NCBI GenBank assembly: GCA_012103315.1
Contig: WLWZ01000011.1
Location: forward strand, 11,869 to 75,868
DNA length: 64,000 bases
Direction of reading: 5' to 3'
DNA from: Alphaproteobacteria bacterium
Lineage (GTDB): Bacteria; Pseudomonadota; Alphaproteobacteria; MPNO01; UBA2964
Both the position numbers and the translations under genes were made by a program. The first letter of the stretch is position 1. Every line of letters begins with the position of its first letter. Below, piece by piece: positions 55,683-64,000 of the stretch. The notes beneath the pieces are model-generated. The model was not told the DNA's origin. It did no database searches and saw only the letters and a program-made list of their open reading frames with translations.

Positions 55683-57062
55683 TTGCGTACCTTGTTAGAA
55701 TATGGGGGCGCTGATACCTTTTTTCACCAGAAAACTCTAAAACTCGTTAATGAGGGGTTTTATCGCGTGCCAGCCACATACGAACTCTTTACCGAAGAAG
55801 AAAATGAAATTCTGACCCGCACTGGGCCAGGCACCCCGATGGGTGATCTCCTTCGGCGTTATTGGCTACCGGCGGTGCGCTGCGACGAAATTCCCGACGC
55901 CGGCGGCGATCAGCTGCGTTTGAAGTTGATGGGTGAGGATTTGATCGTCTTTCGTGCCAGCGATGGCCGTGTCGGCGTGCTGGATCAGTTTTGTCCGCAT
56001 CGGCGATCCAACTTGTTTTTCGCCCGAAACGAAGAGTGCGGGTTGCGATGTTCCTATCACGGCTGGAAATTCGATCTGGATGGCAATGTTGTTGATATTC
56101 CGTCAGAGCCTGATTTTGAACAGTGGGATGATAAACCCCGGATTAAAGCCTACCCTGCGGTGGAAGCGGGTGGCATCGTTTGGACCTATATGGGGCCGCC
56201 TAGCAAACAACCGCCGCCACCGGAGTATGAATATTGTCTGGTGTCAGATGCGCACCGTTTTGCAACAAGGCGTTGGGAGGAATGCAACTGGTTGCAGGGG
56301 CTGGAAGGGGGCATCGATCCGGTCCATGTACCGTTTTTACATAAATATGAGCTAAGCACCGATCCGTTGCACAAAGACACTGCGGGAGCCGACATGACGT
56401 CGGCAACGGACATCCATTACGACAGCATCGACCAACCTTATGGCACCAACGTCATTGCCCGCCGCAAGGCAGATGAGGACAGCTATTACTGGCGGATCGG
56501 TCAGTGGGTGTTGCCCTGTTTCACCATAGCGCCGCCCTATGGTGATTTCGCGATGGGGTCTAATGCCTGGATACCGCGTGATGATGAAAGCTTTTGGCGT
56601 TGGATTATCAGCTGTCACCCGACCCGACCGCTCACCAATACGGAGCGTTCGGCGATGGAGGAGGGAAAGGGCACCCACGTCAAGCTGGACTCTGACCTCC
56701 GGGCATTGGCTAACCGCGATAATGACTATTTTATAGACCGTGAAGGTCAGCGCGCCGAAAAGACTTTCAACGGTGTTTACACGGTTGGCCTGCAAGACAA
56801 GGCGATGCAGGAGAGCCAGGGTAAGATTCACCAGCGCCAACACGAGTATCTCGTGAACAGTGATAAATCGATTATCATGATGCGCCGCCGTTTGCTGGAT
56901 GCTGTAGCCAAGAATGAACGCGGCGAAGATCCGCCAGGACTAACGCCGGAGGATCAACGCATTCGGGCAGCATCGCTCGTTGAATCAAAAGACGTATCGT
57001 ATGAGCAGCTGAGTAAAGACATCTTGCGGACGCGCGAAGGCGTTCCAGTCACCTCTATCTGA
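55683..57062 (+). CDS. Rieske non-haem iron oxygenase alpha subunit (CntA/GbcA/Stc2-like, quaternary-amine or N-methyl demethylase class)
   Basis: N-terminal 'TRTGPGTPMGDLLRRYWLP', Rieske 'CPHRRSN...CSYHGW', and a catalytic 'D...H....H' region. The real start may be the GTG at 55767, which follows GAGGGG. Confidence 0.7.
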   Translation: MRTLLEYGGADTFFHQKTLKLVNEGFYRVPATYELFTEEENEILTRTGPGTPMGDLLRRYWLPAVRCDEIPDAGGDQLRLKLMGEDLIVFRASDGRVGVLDQFCPHRRSNLFFARNEECGLRCSYHGWKFDLDGNVVDIPSEPDFEQWDDKPRIKAYPAVEAGGIVWTYMGPPSKQPPPPEYEYCLVSDAHRFATRRWEECNWLQGLEGGIDPVHVPFLHKYELSTDPLHKDTAGADMTSATDIHYDSIDQPYGTNVIARRKADEDSYYWRIGQWVLPCFTIAPPYGDFAMGSNAWIPRDDESFWRWIISCHPTRPLTNTERSAMEEGKGTHVKLDSDLRALANRDNDYFIDREGQRAEKTFNGVYTVGLQDKAMQESQGKIHQRQHEYLVNSDKSIIMMRRRLLDAVAKNERGEDPPGLTPEDQRIRAASLVESKDVSYEQLSKDILRTREGVPVTSI

Positions 57063-57106
57063 ATATCTCAATCTAAAACAAAAGACCTGCAGGAAGGCAA
57101 AGACCC

Positions 57107-58186
57107 ATGACACTCATTTTGTCCAATGACGACATCGAACAAGTCCTCGAGATGAACGAACTCGTGCCGGTGCTTGAAGAAGCTTATATCGAGCTTGTCG
57201 AAGGGCGTGGCGGTAATCGACGGCGCTCCGATATTGTAACGCCGACGACCCTACGCGACGACGGGCTCTATGCTCTTAAATCGATGGATGGTGTGATCCC
57301 GAAACTTGGTGTCGGGGCGGTTCGCCTCAACTCGGATATTCTGACTTTCCCAACCACCGGGAATGAGATGCGCCGGGTCAAAGTACCGGCAGCCCCTAAC
57401 AACCGCTATGTCGGGTTAGTGTTGTTATTTAGCACCCATAACGGTGAGCCGTTAATGATTTGTCCTGATGGCGTCATGCAGCGCATGAGGGTCGGCGCCA
57501 CCAACGGCATCGCGGCGAAATATATGGCGCGCGAGGATGCCGACACTTTGGCGGTGCTGGGGTCTGGCTGGCAAGCTGGCGCGCAGGTTTTAGCGCATGC
57601 GGCGGTGCGCGACCTCAAAGACGTTCGCGTCTATAGCCCCAACCCGGATAACCGTAGGGCGTTTGCGGCGGAGATGTCCGAGGCATTGGATTTAGACGTT
57701 CGGACCTGTGAGACCGGTGAGGAAGCCTGCAAAGGAGCACAGATGATTTCCTGCGCGACCAACGCGGTGATGCCGGTATTCTTCCATGATTGGTTGGAAC
57801 CGGGCATGCATATTGGCACGGTGCGTCCCGGCGCTACGGAAGTTGAAAAGGCGGCGTGGTCGGATATCGAACTCTTTGCGCTGCTCGATCACGACGATAA
57901 TGCCGAGATGATCTATACCCACGGTGTTTTGGTCGGCGAGGATAAGGTCGGTTCCTACGGGGTGGAACAAGATGACTGGCACAATGGTTTGCCATCGCTG
58001 CCACAGATCATCAATGGCGACCGCGAAGGCCGTATTAATGACGAACAGTGCTCATGTTTTTTGAATAATCTCGGAATGGGCTACCAGTTCGCGGCCACTG
58101 GCTACGTGGTTTACAACAAGGCGAAAGAGCTCGGCCTTGGGACGGAACTACCGACCGACATGTTCACCGAAACGGTGCATCCTTAA
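57107..58186 (+). CDS. ornithine cyclodeaminase / mu-crystallin family NAD(P) enzyme
   Basis: OCD-family Rossmann block 'LAVLGSGWQAGAQV' plus the family-length N- and C-terminal domains. Confidence 0.7.
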   Translation: MTLILSNDDIEQVLEMNELVPVLEEAYIELVEGRGGNRRRSDIVTPTTLRDDGLYALKSMDGVIPKLGVGAVRLNSDILTFPTTGNEMRRVKVPAAPNNRYVGLVLLFSTHNGEPLMICPDGVMQRMRVGATNGIAAKYMAREDADTLAVLGSGWQAGAQVLAHAAVRDLKDVRVYSPNPDNRRAFAAEMSEALDLDVRTCETGEEACKGAQMISCATNAVMPVFFHDWLEPGMHIGTVRPGATEVEKAAWSDIELFALLDHDDNAEMIYTHGVLVGEDKVGSYGVEQDDWHNGLPSLPQIINGDREGRINDEQCSCFLNNLGMGYQFAATGYVVYNKAKELGLGTELPTDMFTETVHP

Positions 58187-58626
58187 TCGTCGGTCGATAC
58201 CAAAGCCTCTTTCAGGATCTCTCGGATTTCATCTGGCATGTCGGTTGATTTGCGGGCCTCAAGGTCAAAGAAAACCTCCACTGCATCCTGAGTAGCGATC
58301 AGCGTGCCGTTTTCGGCATTGGTCATGCGTTGCGTATAGGTCAGGCTTTTATTGCCGAGCCGGGTGAAGCCGCTTTTGACGACAAGGAGTTCTCCGGCGT
58401 TAGCTTCGTGAACGAAATCGTTGGTAGTGCGCGCGACGACGACGCCGACGCCATGTTTTTTCATCGCAGCATGGGCGCCATCAATCATGTTCCAGATGTG
58501 AAACCCGGCATCATCGAAAAAATGTCCGTAAAAGCGGACATTCATATGTCCGATATGATCGCAATACCAAGGATGCACGACGGCACGATGGGTTTCCATC
58601 CAGTCAGCCATGATCGGGTCTCCCAA
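58183..58626 (-). CDS. hotdog-fold acyl-CoA thioesterase (4HBT/YbgC-like)
   Basis: 'HIGHMNVRFYGHFFDDA' contains the 4HBT catalytic region. Confidence 0.6.
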   Translation of the reverse strand: MGDPIMADWMETHRAVVHPWYCDHIGHMNVRFYGHFFDDAGFHIWNMIDGAHAAMKKHGVGVVVARTTNDFVHEANAGELLVVKSGFTRLGNKSLTYTQRMTNAENGTLIATQDAVEVFFDLEARKSTDMPDEIREILKEALVSTDD

Positions 58627-58690
58627 AAATTATTCTCAGCACAGCATAGGACGGTGTGACAATCGATGGAATGCCGCTAACATCGACATC

Positions 58691-59668
58691 ATGAAAGCGG
58701 CAGTCATTGAACAGCAGGGCGGTGTCGAGAACATCGTCTATCGCGATTGGGAAGATCCGGAGCCGGGTCCTGATGATGTCGTTGTCCGCGTGAAGGCCTG
58801 CGGGCTCAACCATCTCGACATTTTTGTGCGACGCGGGATGCCCGGTTTTCCGGTGCCGATGCCGTTTATTTCCGGCGGTGACATTGCAGGCGAAATCTGT
58901 GCCTTGGGGAACAATGTTCCCGGCTGGTCGGTCGGCGATCGGGTAACACTCAATCCTGATACACATGAAGGAATGATTGGAGAGCAGCTGATTGGTGGTC
59001 TGGCGGAGAAAGTCCGTGTTCCTGCCCAGAATCTCGTGGCGTTACCCGACAGTCTTTCTTATGAGCAAGGCGCGGCTATTCCAATCAATTATGGTACGGC
59101 ACATAGGATGCTATTTCATCGCGGCAGGTTGGCGGCAGGGGAAACAATCCTGGTGCTCGGCGCGAGTGGCGGCGTTGGTATTGCCTGTGTTCAATTTGCT
59201 CAGATGGTCGGTGCGACGGTGATTGCAGCGGCTGGCTCGGCGGAGAAATGTGAAAAGCTCTCCGCGCTGGGGGCTGATCACACGATCAATTATGCCGATG
59301 AAGACTTTAGCGCGGCGACTTGGAAACTGTCAGAAAAGAAAGGTGTCGATGTTGTCGTCAATTTTACCGGTGGCGATACCTGGGCACCATGTTTGCGGAC
59401 GGCGAAGCCAGGCGGTCGAATCCTGACATGTGGGGCGACGGCAGGGCATTCGCCAGAAACGGATCTGCGTTATATCTGGGTGAGAGAACTCGATGTCCTG
59501 GGGTCGAATAGCTATAGCCAGGAAGACGTCGCGAAGTCTGTTGCCTATGCGGCGGAAGGTAAGATTGCGCCGGTGATCAGTGATGTGTTGCCGCTGGAGA
59601 AAACCGGTGAGGCAGAAATGCTGATGGAAGATCGGAACTTCTTTGGCAAGATTGTCGTCTGCCCCTAA
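58691..59668 (+). CDS. MDR-superfamily Zn-dependent oxidoreductase (quinone oxidoreductase / ADH-like)
   Basis: 'GLNHLD', 'GGDIAGEI', Rossmann 'VLGASGGVGIACVQFA'. The start is the ATG at 58691 (MKAAVIE...). Confidence 0.75.
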   Translation: MKAAVIEQQGGVENIVYRDWEDPEPGPDDVVVRVKACGLNHLDIFVRRGMPGFPVPMPFISGGDIAGEICALGNNVPGWSVGDRVTLNPDTHEGMIGEQLIGGLAEKVRVPAQNLVALPDSLSYEQGAAIPINYGTAHRMLFHRGRLAAGETILVLGASGGVGIACVQFAQMVGATVIAAAGSAEKCEKLSALGADHTINYADEDFSAATWKLSEKKGVDVVVNFTGGDTWAPCLRTAKPGGRILTCGATAGHSPETDLRYIWVRELDVLGSNSYSQEDVAKSVAYAAEGKIAPVISDVLPLEKTGEAEMLMEDRNFFGKIVVCP

Positions 59669-61287
59669 GACGTGTCGGTGGAAATCGAGTCCTCGATGAT
59701 TTTTCGGGCGGCCGGCCGGTCGACTTTTCCTGTGCCGCCAATAGGTAGGGCCTCAACAATAAAGACACGCCGCGGATGCGCGTAGGCTGCGCCATGCTCC
59801 AGCGTAAATGCTTTGATCGAGTTCTCGTCGCTGCGTGATCCCGACCGCACTGTCACGAGAGCAGCCGGAGCGAGACCTTTGACGTCATGTGTTATCGGCA
59901 TCATGACGGCATCTATAATGTCAGGATGCTGTACGAGAAGAAGCTCGACCTCTTTGGGGTAGATGTTTTCGCCGCCACAGGAAAACTGGTCGTCTATGCG
60001 ACCCATAAAGAAGTAGAAGCCGTCTTCGTCTTTACGGAAGATATCTCCGGTATGGAGCCAGCCGTCGGTCAGCCGTTCTTTGTTCAGGTCCGGACGATTG
60101 TTATAACCCGCGAGCACAGCAGGGGACTTAACCCAGAACTCTCCGTGACTATCGTTTGCCTCTCCGTCTTCTCCGACCATCTTGACCGCGACCTCCGGAG
60201 CGGGGACACCGCAACTTCCCCGAGGGACAGGACGCCCATCAAGGGGATTGCGAAGCGGGCCGCCGCCTTCAGTGAGGCCGTAAGCTTCCTCGACATCGGC
60301 GCTAAAAGCTTTTTCGACGGCATTTAATAATTCAGCGCCTACGACGGCAGATCCCATTTCAAGACATTCCAGTCTTGGAAATTTTAGGTCTCGCAGTAAT
60401 TCTTCTTCGGCGAGCATCATGCGATACATCGCGGGTACGCCGCCGGTATCGGTGCATTCGTAATCCGCGAGAGCTTGCAGCATAGTGCGTGGTTCAAATC
60501 GTGGAAGTATAACGGCAGATGCTCCGGCATAGAGTTTAGGCTTAATCGATACCCGCATTGCATTCTTGTGAAACAGCGGTCCAGCCACCAGAGTTCGATC
60601 TGTTGGTTTGCAAGGCCAGTGCTGTTGGGCCGCTCTGATGCCCCACAACATTCCTTCGTGAGTTAGTAGGACGCCCTTGGGACGCCCGGTTGAACCCGAT
60701 GTATATGGAAGGAAGGCGATTTGGCCCGGTTCTACGGGCGAAGGGATAAATGAGTCTGGCGTCGATGCGGCGAGCGCCTCTTCATAATCTGTCCAGCCAG
60801 GGGGAACGGGCTCAACGGCAATCAAAGTCTGGAAGTTATGCCGTTCGACGACTTCAACGAGCTGAGGGTGACAGTTGGGTTCGATGATCGCACCGCGACA
60901 CCCAGAGTCCCTAATAATAAAATCAATAGTCTCCGCACCGAGCTTGATGTTGAGTGGAATAGGAATGATTCCAGCGCGCATTGCCCCAAAAAAGATCTCG
61001 ATGAATTCGAAACGGTTGCCCATCGCAAGCAGTAATCGATCCCCCCGGGCCATGCCGATGTTTGAAACCATCGTTGCGACGGAGTCCATTCTCCTGTCCA
61101 GCTCACTATGAGAAAGTAGATGATCGGGGTTGCGCGACAAATCGATCAAAGCTGTTTTGTCGGGATAGGTTGATGCTGCGGCGCGGTTAAAGTAGCCGAG
61201 ATTCAAGTTTTCAGTGTCCATGGTCATTGAGCTTATATCCGGAAATATCGGGTGCCTACGTCTAGATTGGGGTGTGATTTTGATCAC
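59665..61287 (-). CDS. AMP-dependent synthetase/ligase (acyl- or aryl-CoA ligase)
   Basis: 'LPYTSGSTGRPKGV' AMP-binding motif, then 'GYGLTE'-like and 'GWLHTGD' blocks. The longest ORF starts at a GTG; ATG alternatives lie at 61227 and 61221. Confidence 0.8.
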   Translation of the reverse strand: MIKITPQSRRRHPIFPDISSMTMDTENLNLGYFNRAAASTYPDKTALIDLSRNPDHLLSHSELDRRMDSVATMVSNIGMARGDRLLLAMGNRFEFIEIFFGAMRAGIIPIPLNIKLGAETIDFIIRDSGCRGAIIEPNCHPQLVEVVERHNFQTLIAVEPVPPGWTDYEEALAASTPDSFIPSPVEPGQIAFLPYTSGSTGRPKGVLLTHEGMLWGIRAAQQHWPCKPTDRTLVAGPLFHKNAMRVSIKPKLYAGASAVILPRFEPRTMLQALADYECTDTGGVPAMYRMMLAEEELLRDLKFPRLECLEMGSAVVGAELLNAVEKAFSADVEEAYGLTEGGGPLRNPLDGRPVPRGSCGVPAPEVAVKMVGEDGEANDSHGEFWVKSPAVLAGYNNRPDLNKERLTDGWLHTGDIFRKDEDGFYFFMGRIDDQFSCGGENIYPKEVELLLVQHPDIIDAVMMPITHDVKGLAPAALVTVRSGSRSDENSIKAFTLEHGAAYAHPRRVFIVEALPIGGTGKVDRPAARKIIEDSISTDTS

Positions 61288-61365
61288 AAGAACAACACCC
61301 GCACGTTAAGCGGGTTTTAATGGATATGATTGTACAACGTGTCGTTGGTAAAACGAATTTCTTGA

Positions 61366-64000
61366 ATGAGTTGTACTGTGTTCGAAGAAGAGATCAATCA
61401 GGCAAAAGAAAAACCGTGGTGGCGAACTGCCGATGGCCGCGTCGGCGGTGCGCTTCTCGCTATACTTTTATTTTGCCTCACAACGCTCTATTTCAGTCTG
61501 GAACATGCCGAAAAATATTTGTTTCGATCGGAGGCAAGTGAAGTTGGTTCAACAGTTGTTACAAATCTTCTGAACGGACTTCCTAACCTTGGAAGTGTTC
61601 TCAAAGATCGCGATCCGAGAGATAAAGAAGTAGAAAAAATCGAGGAGATCATCGGCATCACCGGAGTCATGGGACTTCGGCTTATCGATCCACAGGGATC
61701 TGTTGTATTCGAACCGCTCGACCTACCCGTTTATGGTCAAAAAGACAGCAAGGTTTATGCCCGTGAAATTAAAGGGCGCAAAGTGCTGGTTCAAATTACA
61801 CACCGTAAGATCCAGGGCGTTGTTATCGGGACAGCGCTAGTGCCGGTTTTTGATAATGGTGTTGTGGCGGGAGGTGCAGAGATCTTTTTGAACATGACGC
61901 GCCGTCACCAAGAGATGCAACAGCTCGAGGCGATTGCCTTTATCGGGATCGGCTCCTTCATGATCCTGATTGCATTTGCTATCGGCGTTATTTTTCGGCG
62001 GCACGCGCAGGCGAATAAGAATTTTGTTACTGCGTTGCGTGAAGGTGAAGAACGCTACCGTAAATTAATTGAATTCTCACCGGATGCCATTCGCGTCATC
62101 GTTGGTGAACGGATTGGCTTTGTAAATCCGGCGGCCGTCGAACTGTTCGGCGCCAAAGATGAAGCGGAATTGATCGGAATGGAAGGTAGTTCATTTGTTC
62201 CTAATGATATTCAAGAGAACCGAGACGATCCTAGGCAGATAATCAGGCGTCAGAGCCTTACCGACAAGGCGATGCCTTGGACCGAGACAAGACGTGCGAA
62301 GCTCGACGGTACAGTGATCGATGTTGAGGCTTGCGCTATTCATTTTACTTGGGACGGGAAGCCTGCACGGCTGGCAATGGCGCGAGACATTAGTGAACGA
62401 AAACGCGCGGAACGGGCGATGGCTGAGTTGTCGAAGCGTAACGAATATCTTCTGGCTTCTGTTGCAGAGGGTATTTTTGGCCTTGATCTGGCTGGTCATA
62501 TTACATTTGCGAATCCAGCGGCAGCTCGAATGCTAGGTTGGCGTATCACTGATATTGTTGGCAGAGAATTTACCGATATTGATCCGGTAATGAGAAACAA
62601 AGATGAGTCAACATCTGAATCTCTTATTTTGTCCGCGCTTAGGAGAGGAGAAGAGCTCCGCGTCGCGAGCGAGACGATGTGGCATACTGACGGGGTGTCA
62701 TTTCCCGCCGCTTACAATGTAAATCCCATTCGGAATAGCGATGGCGATGTTGAAGGTGCTGTTGTTACGTTCCGCGATATCGCCAAACGAAAAAGAGATG
62801 AAGAAAATTTGCGGCAGAGCGAAGCGCGTGCCTCTTTGGCTCGCCAGCAACTGCTTGATGCCGTCGAGGCCACAAGCGATGCCTTTGCGTTGTTTGGTCC
62901 TGATGACAGGTTTGTACTCGGAAACTCGACGTTCCGTTCGATGTTGCCAATGTCGATTGACCTCATGCAGGCTCATGCATCGTTCGAGGAAATCGTTCGA
63001 TTTACTGTTGAGAGTCGTAAAAAAGAAGCACCCGAGGGTGAGCTACTAAAGGGGCAAATCGGCGTTGATGAAGTCCTTGATATTCACGCTAATCCCGGCA
63101 AAATTCTCGAACGCCAACTTCCTGACGGTCGTTGGGTTCGGATGATGGATCACCGTACGAGTGATGGCAGCACGGTCTGTATTCGGACAGATATTACCGA
63201 GCTAAAGAAACGTGAGGATGTTCTAAAACAAAGCGAAGCGGAAGCTTCCCGCGCGCAGCGCCTGCTGATCGATGCTATCGAGGCCGTGAATGATGGGTTT
63301 GTCTTGTTTGATTCCGATGAACGCATCGTAATGGCCAACTCAAAATATAAGGCTATGTATCCAGCGGCGGTCGATGGCCAGTTCGAAGGAATGCGTTTAG
63401 AGGAAATGGTTCGGCGTACTGCAATGGCGACGCTTGGAACCGACGTCTTTCCAACTGCAAAGGATGTCGAGGCATACGTGACGGAACGTATGGAGGCGCA
63501 TCGTCAATCGGGGACCATTGCAGAGCGGCAACTGGAATCCGGACGTTGGCTTAGGATTACGGACCAGAAGACCTCCGATGGTGGGGTTGTCGGCATCAGA
63601 ACCGATATCACTGATCTAAAAACGCGGGAGGCAAAGCTTAAAGAGCAGGCTGCTATTACCGCACTCCTAAATAAAGTTGCGGTAAATGCAAACAAATCCC
63701 CGACTTTCCGCGAAGCTTTGCAGCAAACCATCGATGATATTTGTGAAGCCATCGATTGGCCTTTGGGACATGTGCTTGTCCCATCAGCCGGCGGGAATGG
63801 AAAATTTGAATCGCTCCGGTTATGGCATTTGGACGACCCGGAAGGATTTGAAGAGTTCAAGGTTTGGATGGAACAGGCAAGTCTAACCGGTGATCGCGGT
63901 TTAATTGGACTTGCGTCGCTCCGACGTGGCCCTATTTGGGCAACAAAAATTGAGCGTGAAAATTCACCCATTTATATGCCCGCAGCGGCTAAAGAAGGTA
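61366..64000 (+). CDS. membrane-bound multi-PAS signal-transduction sensor, 3'-truncated by the window end (absent from the ORF track)
   Basis: An open frame runs from the ATG at 61366, preceded by an in-frame TGA, to the window end. It has two TM helices flanking a ~170 aa periplasmic domain. Then come at least four PAS-like modules: 'RYRKLIEFSPDAIR...', 'LLASVAEGIFGLD...', and two 'W.R..D..TSDG..V.IRTDIT(E/D)LK' modules separated by coiled-coil linkers. A GAF/PAS-like segment follows. The output domain lies beyond the window. Confidence 0.7.
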   Translation, partial: MSCTVFEEEINQAKEKPWWRTADGRVGGALLAILLFCLTTLYFSLEHAEKYLFRSEASEVGSTVVTNLLNGLPNLGSVLKDRDPRDKEVEKIEEIIGITGVMGLRLIDPQGSVVFEPLDLPVYGQKDSKVYAREIKGRKVLVQITHRKIQGVVIGTALVPVFDNGVVAGGAEIFLNMTRRHQEMQQLEAIAFIGIGSFMILIAFAIGVIFRRHAQANKNFVTALREGEERYRKLIEFSPDAIRVIVGERIGFVNPAAVELFGAKDEAELIGMEGSSFVPNDIQENRDDPRQIIRRQSLTDKAMPWTETRRAKLDGTVIDVEACAIHFTWDGKPARLAMARDISERKRAERAMAELSKRNEYLLASVAEGIFGLDLAGHITFANPAAARMLGWRITDIVGREFTDIDPVMRNKDESTSESLILSALRRGEELRVASETMWHTDGVSFPAAYNVNPIRNSDGDVEGAVVTFRDIAKRKRDEENLRQSEARASLARQQLLDAVEATSDAFALFGPDDRFVLGNSTFRSMLPMSIDLMQAHASFEEIVRFTVESRKKEAPEGELLKGQIGVDEVLDIHANPGKILERQLPDGRWVRMMDHRTSDGSTVCIRTDITELKKREDVLKQSEAEASRAQRLLIDAIEAVNDGFVLFDSDERIVMANSKYKAMYPAAVDGQFEGMRLEEMVRRTAMATLGTDVFPTAKDVEAYVTERMEAHRQSGTIAERQLESGRWLRITDQKTSDGGVVGIRTDITDLKTREAKLKEQAAITALLNKVAVNANKSPTFREALQQTIDDICEAIDWPLGHVLVPSAGGNGKFESLRLWHLDDPEGFEEFKVWMEQASLTGDRGLIGLASLRRGPIWATKIERENSPIYMPAAAKEG

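Noticed and set aside
56352-56843. 163 aa ORF antisense to the second Rieske oxygenase gene
   Set aside because: Contained in a CDS whose Rieske and catalytic motifs are unambiguous. Shadow ORF.
1-64000. Search for mobile-element signatures (transposase or integrase ORFs, inverted repeats, tRNA-adjacent islands), CRISPR repeats, and rRNA/tRNA genes
   Set aside because: No ORF shows DDE/HTH transposase, tyrosine- or serine-recombinase motifs. There are no repeated 25-40 nt spacer-separated units. Intergenic regions are too short or too featureless for tRNA cloverleafs (no GTTCGAATC-type T-arm seen). I therefore treat the window as core chromosome.

Overview
This 64 kb window reads as an ordinary chromosomal stretch from a Gram-negative, probably alphaproteobacterial, genome. 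The taxonomic guess rests on an E. coli-like OxyR, many Bug/TctC binding proteins and hopanoid genes, and should be treated as inference. Coding density is high (about 60 genes). I found no rRNA or tRNA genes, no CRISPR array, no transposase, integrase or IS termini, and no long repeats, so the region is accessory-metabolic rather than mobile.

The main blocks, in order:
- a hydrolase/amidase island with an AadA-like nucleotidyltransferase and a TctC binding protein (1-6 kb);
- a divergent oxyR-catalase pair (10-12.4 kb);
- a four-gene minus-strand operon: bicupin, orphan EutA homologue, ceramidase-like 7TM hydrolase, VanA-like Rieske oxygenase (13.9-18.5 kb);
- a tctCAB operon with a bicupin paralogue, a frameshifted DadA-like gene and a cytoplasmic EndoG-family nuclease (19.5-27.6 kb);
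- a catabolic cluster rich in VOC proteins and ACAD-fold flavin monooxygenases, with a GltS-like FMN protein and a PhyH-like dioxygenase (33-40 kb);
- a hopanoid side-chain cluster (hpnI-hpnJ-hpnK plus an HpnL-like membrane protein) tightly coupled to two CDP-alcohol phosphatidyltransferases (43.8-49.9 kb);
- a UbiD-family decarboxylase translationally coupled to a 60 aa ORF, next to an aldehyde dehydrogenase (49.9-53 kb);
- a second Rieske oxygenase followed by an ornithine cyclodeaminase family gene;
- a 3'-truncated multi-PAS membrane sensor gene at the window end that is missing from the ORF track.

All calls rest on motifs and architecture read directly from the translations; no database search was run.
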